Source: Candidatus Heimdallarchaeota archaeon (GTDB lineage: Archaea > Asgardarchaeota > Heimdallarchaeia > Heimdallarchaeales > Heimdallarchaeaceae). Taken from it: a stretch of 40,359 nucleotides of DNA. The notes beneath the pieces are model-generated. The model did no database searches and was not told the origin of the DNA. It saw nothing but the letters and a program-made list of their open reading frames with translations. The first letter of the stretch is position 1. Each line of letters starts with the position of its first letter. The DNA is taken from NCBI GenBank assembly GCA_016840095.1, contig JAEOSZ010000028.1, positions 1 through 40,359 of the forward strand. The letters are read 5' to 3'. Of this stretch, positions 38,028 to 40,359 are shown one piece after another. The position numbers were made by a program, and so were the translations under genes.

Positions 38028-38192
38028 TTTGTGCTCCTTAAACTTAAAAAAAGAAATCTTGATCTTTCAACAATATTTCTAAATATAGAGTCTGTGTAAT
38101 AATTTGCATTTTCAATCCTATAAGTATATACAATTCACAAAATTTCTAGAAACAAAAGAATTACATTATCTTTTCCTAAAAGTACCAATTGC

Positions 38193-38618
38193 TTATTTAC
38201 ACAATTTATCCATTAAACCAAATGCCTTAGCTGCGTTAACTGGATTAAAATATTCATAAGATTCTGTAATTTTTCCTTCTTCATCAAAATAGAAAATAAA
38301 CAAATAATCATTTTCATAATAACTAGAACTGTCCTTCAGTTTTAGTTTTCCTGTGAATTTTACTGCGATTTTATTGGGATCTTCAAATGGCATAATCTCA
38401 TCAATTGGGAATTTTACTTCATCAAAATTCTCACCCATTTTACTCCAACCTTCATAAATACTCTTTTTCCCTGCAGTCTCTGATGGGAACAAACCTGAAT
38501 GATATGGGAAAATAAGTTTACAGTCTTCTGAGTAAAGTTCAGAGATTTCGAAAAACTTCTTCTGTTCAAATAGATAAATAAAGCTATGAACTGTTTTAAT
38601 GTTTCTTTCTCGAATCAT
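38193..38618 (-). CDS. SnoaL/PhzA-B-like NTF2-fold protein
   Basis: LYSEDC, YENDY, EGKITESYEYFNP. Confidence 0.85.
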   Translation of the reverse strand: MIRERNIKTVHSFIYLFEQKKFFEISELYSEDCKLIFPYHSGLFPSETAGKKSIYEGWSKMGENFDEVKFPIDEIMPFEDPNKIAVKFTGKLKLKDSSSYYENDYLFIFYFDEEGKITESYEYFNPVNAAKAFGLMDKLCK

Positions 38619-38775
38619 TTCTAATCAGTGTACTCATACTCAGTTTACCTCACTTAAAAGTAGCTGATTTACAAGTTTTCCTTAAGGTCTTCTTTCTTTA
38701 ATGTTCATTTTAATATAACTACATGACAAAATTCTATCATAATTTATTTTTAATGGAAAGAAAAATAGTGTTTTC

Positions 38776-38794
38776 ATTTTGATATATATATATA
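38776..38794 (+). promoter_or_regulatory. ATTTTGATATATATATATA motif upstream of small protein B
   Basis: Matches 34288-34306. Confidence 0.5.
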
Positions 38795-38845
38795 CTCTGA
38801 AGTTCCTTTCTTAAGTATATCAATATTATATCTGTGGTGAAATCA

Positions 38846-39046
38846 ATGGATAGAAAACTACTCAAAGAAAAGGAAAGAGAGTTAAAAGAAAATGTAAAGG
38901 GAAAACCATTCTTCTTGGCTACAAAACCGAAAATCAAGTTTATGATTGAGGTTTTCAAATTAGTTTGGGAAGATATAAAAACTCCAAAGCAATTTCGTTC
39001 CAAGAAATCAGAAACTCAAAATCAAAAAGTGACTGAGATTCCTTGA
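38846..39046 (+). CDS. 66-aa basic protein, paralog B
   Basis: GGTGA SD then ATG; paralog of 34357..34557. Confidence 0.8.
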   Translation: MDRKLLKEKERELKENVKGKPFFLATKPKIKFMIEVFKLVWEDIKTPKQFRSKKSETQNQKVTEIP

Positions 39047-39108
39047 TTTCTGTTCAGGTACCTATCAAGTCGGATTATACTTTTATAGATAAAACCAAAA
39101 AATAGAAC

Positions 39109-40179
39109 ATGTCTAAGTATTCAATTAAATCAAAATTAGGGGACTTAATGAGAAGTCCTAAAGCTGCAGCTGTTCTAGAGAAGCATTTACCTGGAATATC
39201 TAAAGACCCTCAGTTGAAGAAGGGATTTAAGATGTCCTTGAAATTTATAGCTAACATGCCAGGTTCTGGATTCCCCAAAGAAAAGCTGCCTGATATAGAT
39301 GCTGATCTTCAAGCCATAGAGGAAGATGACGTAGAACTACTCCCTATGGAAGAAGACGCAGAACTTACTCCTTCAACACTTGGTTATACTTTGGAGGAAC
39401 TCCCTAAAGCCACAAAAAGATTAGAAGGAAAAGTTGTAATTCTTACAGGTGCTAGTGCTGGTCTCGGAAAGCAGATGTCTATCCGCCTTGCTCAAGAAGG
39501 AGCAAAATTAGCTATTTGTGCTAGATCAGTGGATAAGTTAAAAATTACAGCTGAACTTTGCGAAGCTGAAGGAGTTGAAGTGCTGGCTGAGAAATGTGAT
39601 GTCTCGAAATATGATGACTTGAAGAAATTTGTTGATAAAACGGTGAAGAAATTTGGAACAATTGATGTACTGGTCAACAATGCAAATTATGAAGCAGACA
39701 GACAACTCTTCCTTGATCAAGATGTAGACGAGTTAGACAAAGCTTTACACACAGGAGTTTACGCTCATTGGCACTTGATGAAATTGTGTTATCCATATTT
39801 GAAGGGAAAATCCTCTTCTATAATCAATTTCACTTCTGGGACCTATCAAGTCGGATTAGAAATGTATGCATCTTATGCAGCTGATAAAGGAGCAATTCGA
39901 GCACTTACCATGGTTGTTGCCAGAGAATGGGGTGCTGATGGTATACGTGTAAATACAATCAGTCCTGTTGCTATTACAGATACTATCCTACATAAACTCT
40001 CACCAGAATACTCTGAATGGGTCAAAGGTATGATGAAGGACAATGCAATGCAACGTGTAGGAGATCCATATTCTGATATAGCACCAGTGTTGGTATTTCT
40101 TGCTTCTGAAGAGAGTCGATGGGTTACTGGACAAAATATCAATGTAGATGGAGGACAAAGAGAAACAATACATGTCTGA
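39109..40179 (+). CDS. classical SDR with an extra ~70-aa N-terminal helical domain
   Basis: TGASAGLG, VNNA, YAADK, VTGQNINVDGG. Confidence 0.9.
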   Translation: MSKYSIKSKLGDLMRSPKAAAVLEKHLPGISKDPQLKKGFKMSLKFIANMPGSGFPKEKLPDIDADLQAIEEDDVELLPMEEDAELTPSTLGYTLEELPKATKRLEGKVVILTGASAGLGKQMSIRLAQEGAKLAICARSVDKLKITAELCEAEGVEVLAEKCDVSKYDDLKKFVDKTVKKFGTIDVLVNNANYEADRQLFLDQDVDELDKALHTGVYAHWHLMKLCYPYLKGKSSSIINFTSGTYQVGLEMYASYAADKGAIRALTMVVAREWGADGIRVNTISPVAITDTILHKLSPEYSEWVKGMMKDNAMQRVGDPYSDIAPVLVFLASEESRWVTGQNINVDGGQRETIHV

Positions 40180-40359
40180 TCCATTTCTTCTCTTTTTTTC
40201 TACCTGGAAAAGAAATACTTGCTTTAAGGTCAACTTCCAAGAAGGGAGACATAACAAGAAGGTAGATTCTTATTTGATAGTCCAGTGAATCTAAGTTTTA
40301 ATAAGAGTGTAATAAAATTCCATTCTTAGAGATGGTTCTTTGACTGATATTATTAATAC

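Noticed and set aside
38782-38794. (TA)n microsatellite as a phase-variation tract
   Set aside because: Short, in AT-rich DNA, and matched by an interrupted copy at the paralog; better explained as a promoter motif
40180-40359. Possible gene end or remnant at the window edge
   Set aside because: Frames are interrupted by stops and no motif is recognisable; cannot be supported

Overview
AT-rich, gene-dense archaeal DNA that looks like Asgard archaea, probably Heimdallarchaeia. This assignment is an inference from GGTGA-type Shine-Dalgarno (SD) sites, TATA-like promoters, a eukaryote-type ubiquitin module, LRR and TPR proteins, and tandem ATC-hydrolase/V4R-like paralogs. No rRNA, tRNA, CRISPR array or intact mobile element was recognised. 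The central feature is a complete ubiquitin-like conjugation locus at 20.9-26.7 kb. It encodes an E2, a JAMM protease, a 6-TM membrane RING E3, a RING-less paralog of that membrane domain, an antisense Lys-rich disordered protein with six SxIP motifs, an atypical ubiquitin-like modifier (UBL) with an acidic N-tail and an IPVSTAG end, and a UBA3-like E1. A second notable system is three dispersed cold-shock (CSD) genes that share a positionally conserved ~150-nt upstream region (TATA-like box, U-rich box, conserved hairpin, anti-SD) and 3' hairpins, suggesting a cis-regulatory RNA. The window also holds small ORFs missing from the ORF track (a Zn-ribbon and a 34-aa peptide under a double palindrome), a duplicated 66-aa protein with a shared promoter motif, and two gene remnants. 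All family calls come from motif recognition by eye; no searches were run.
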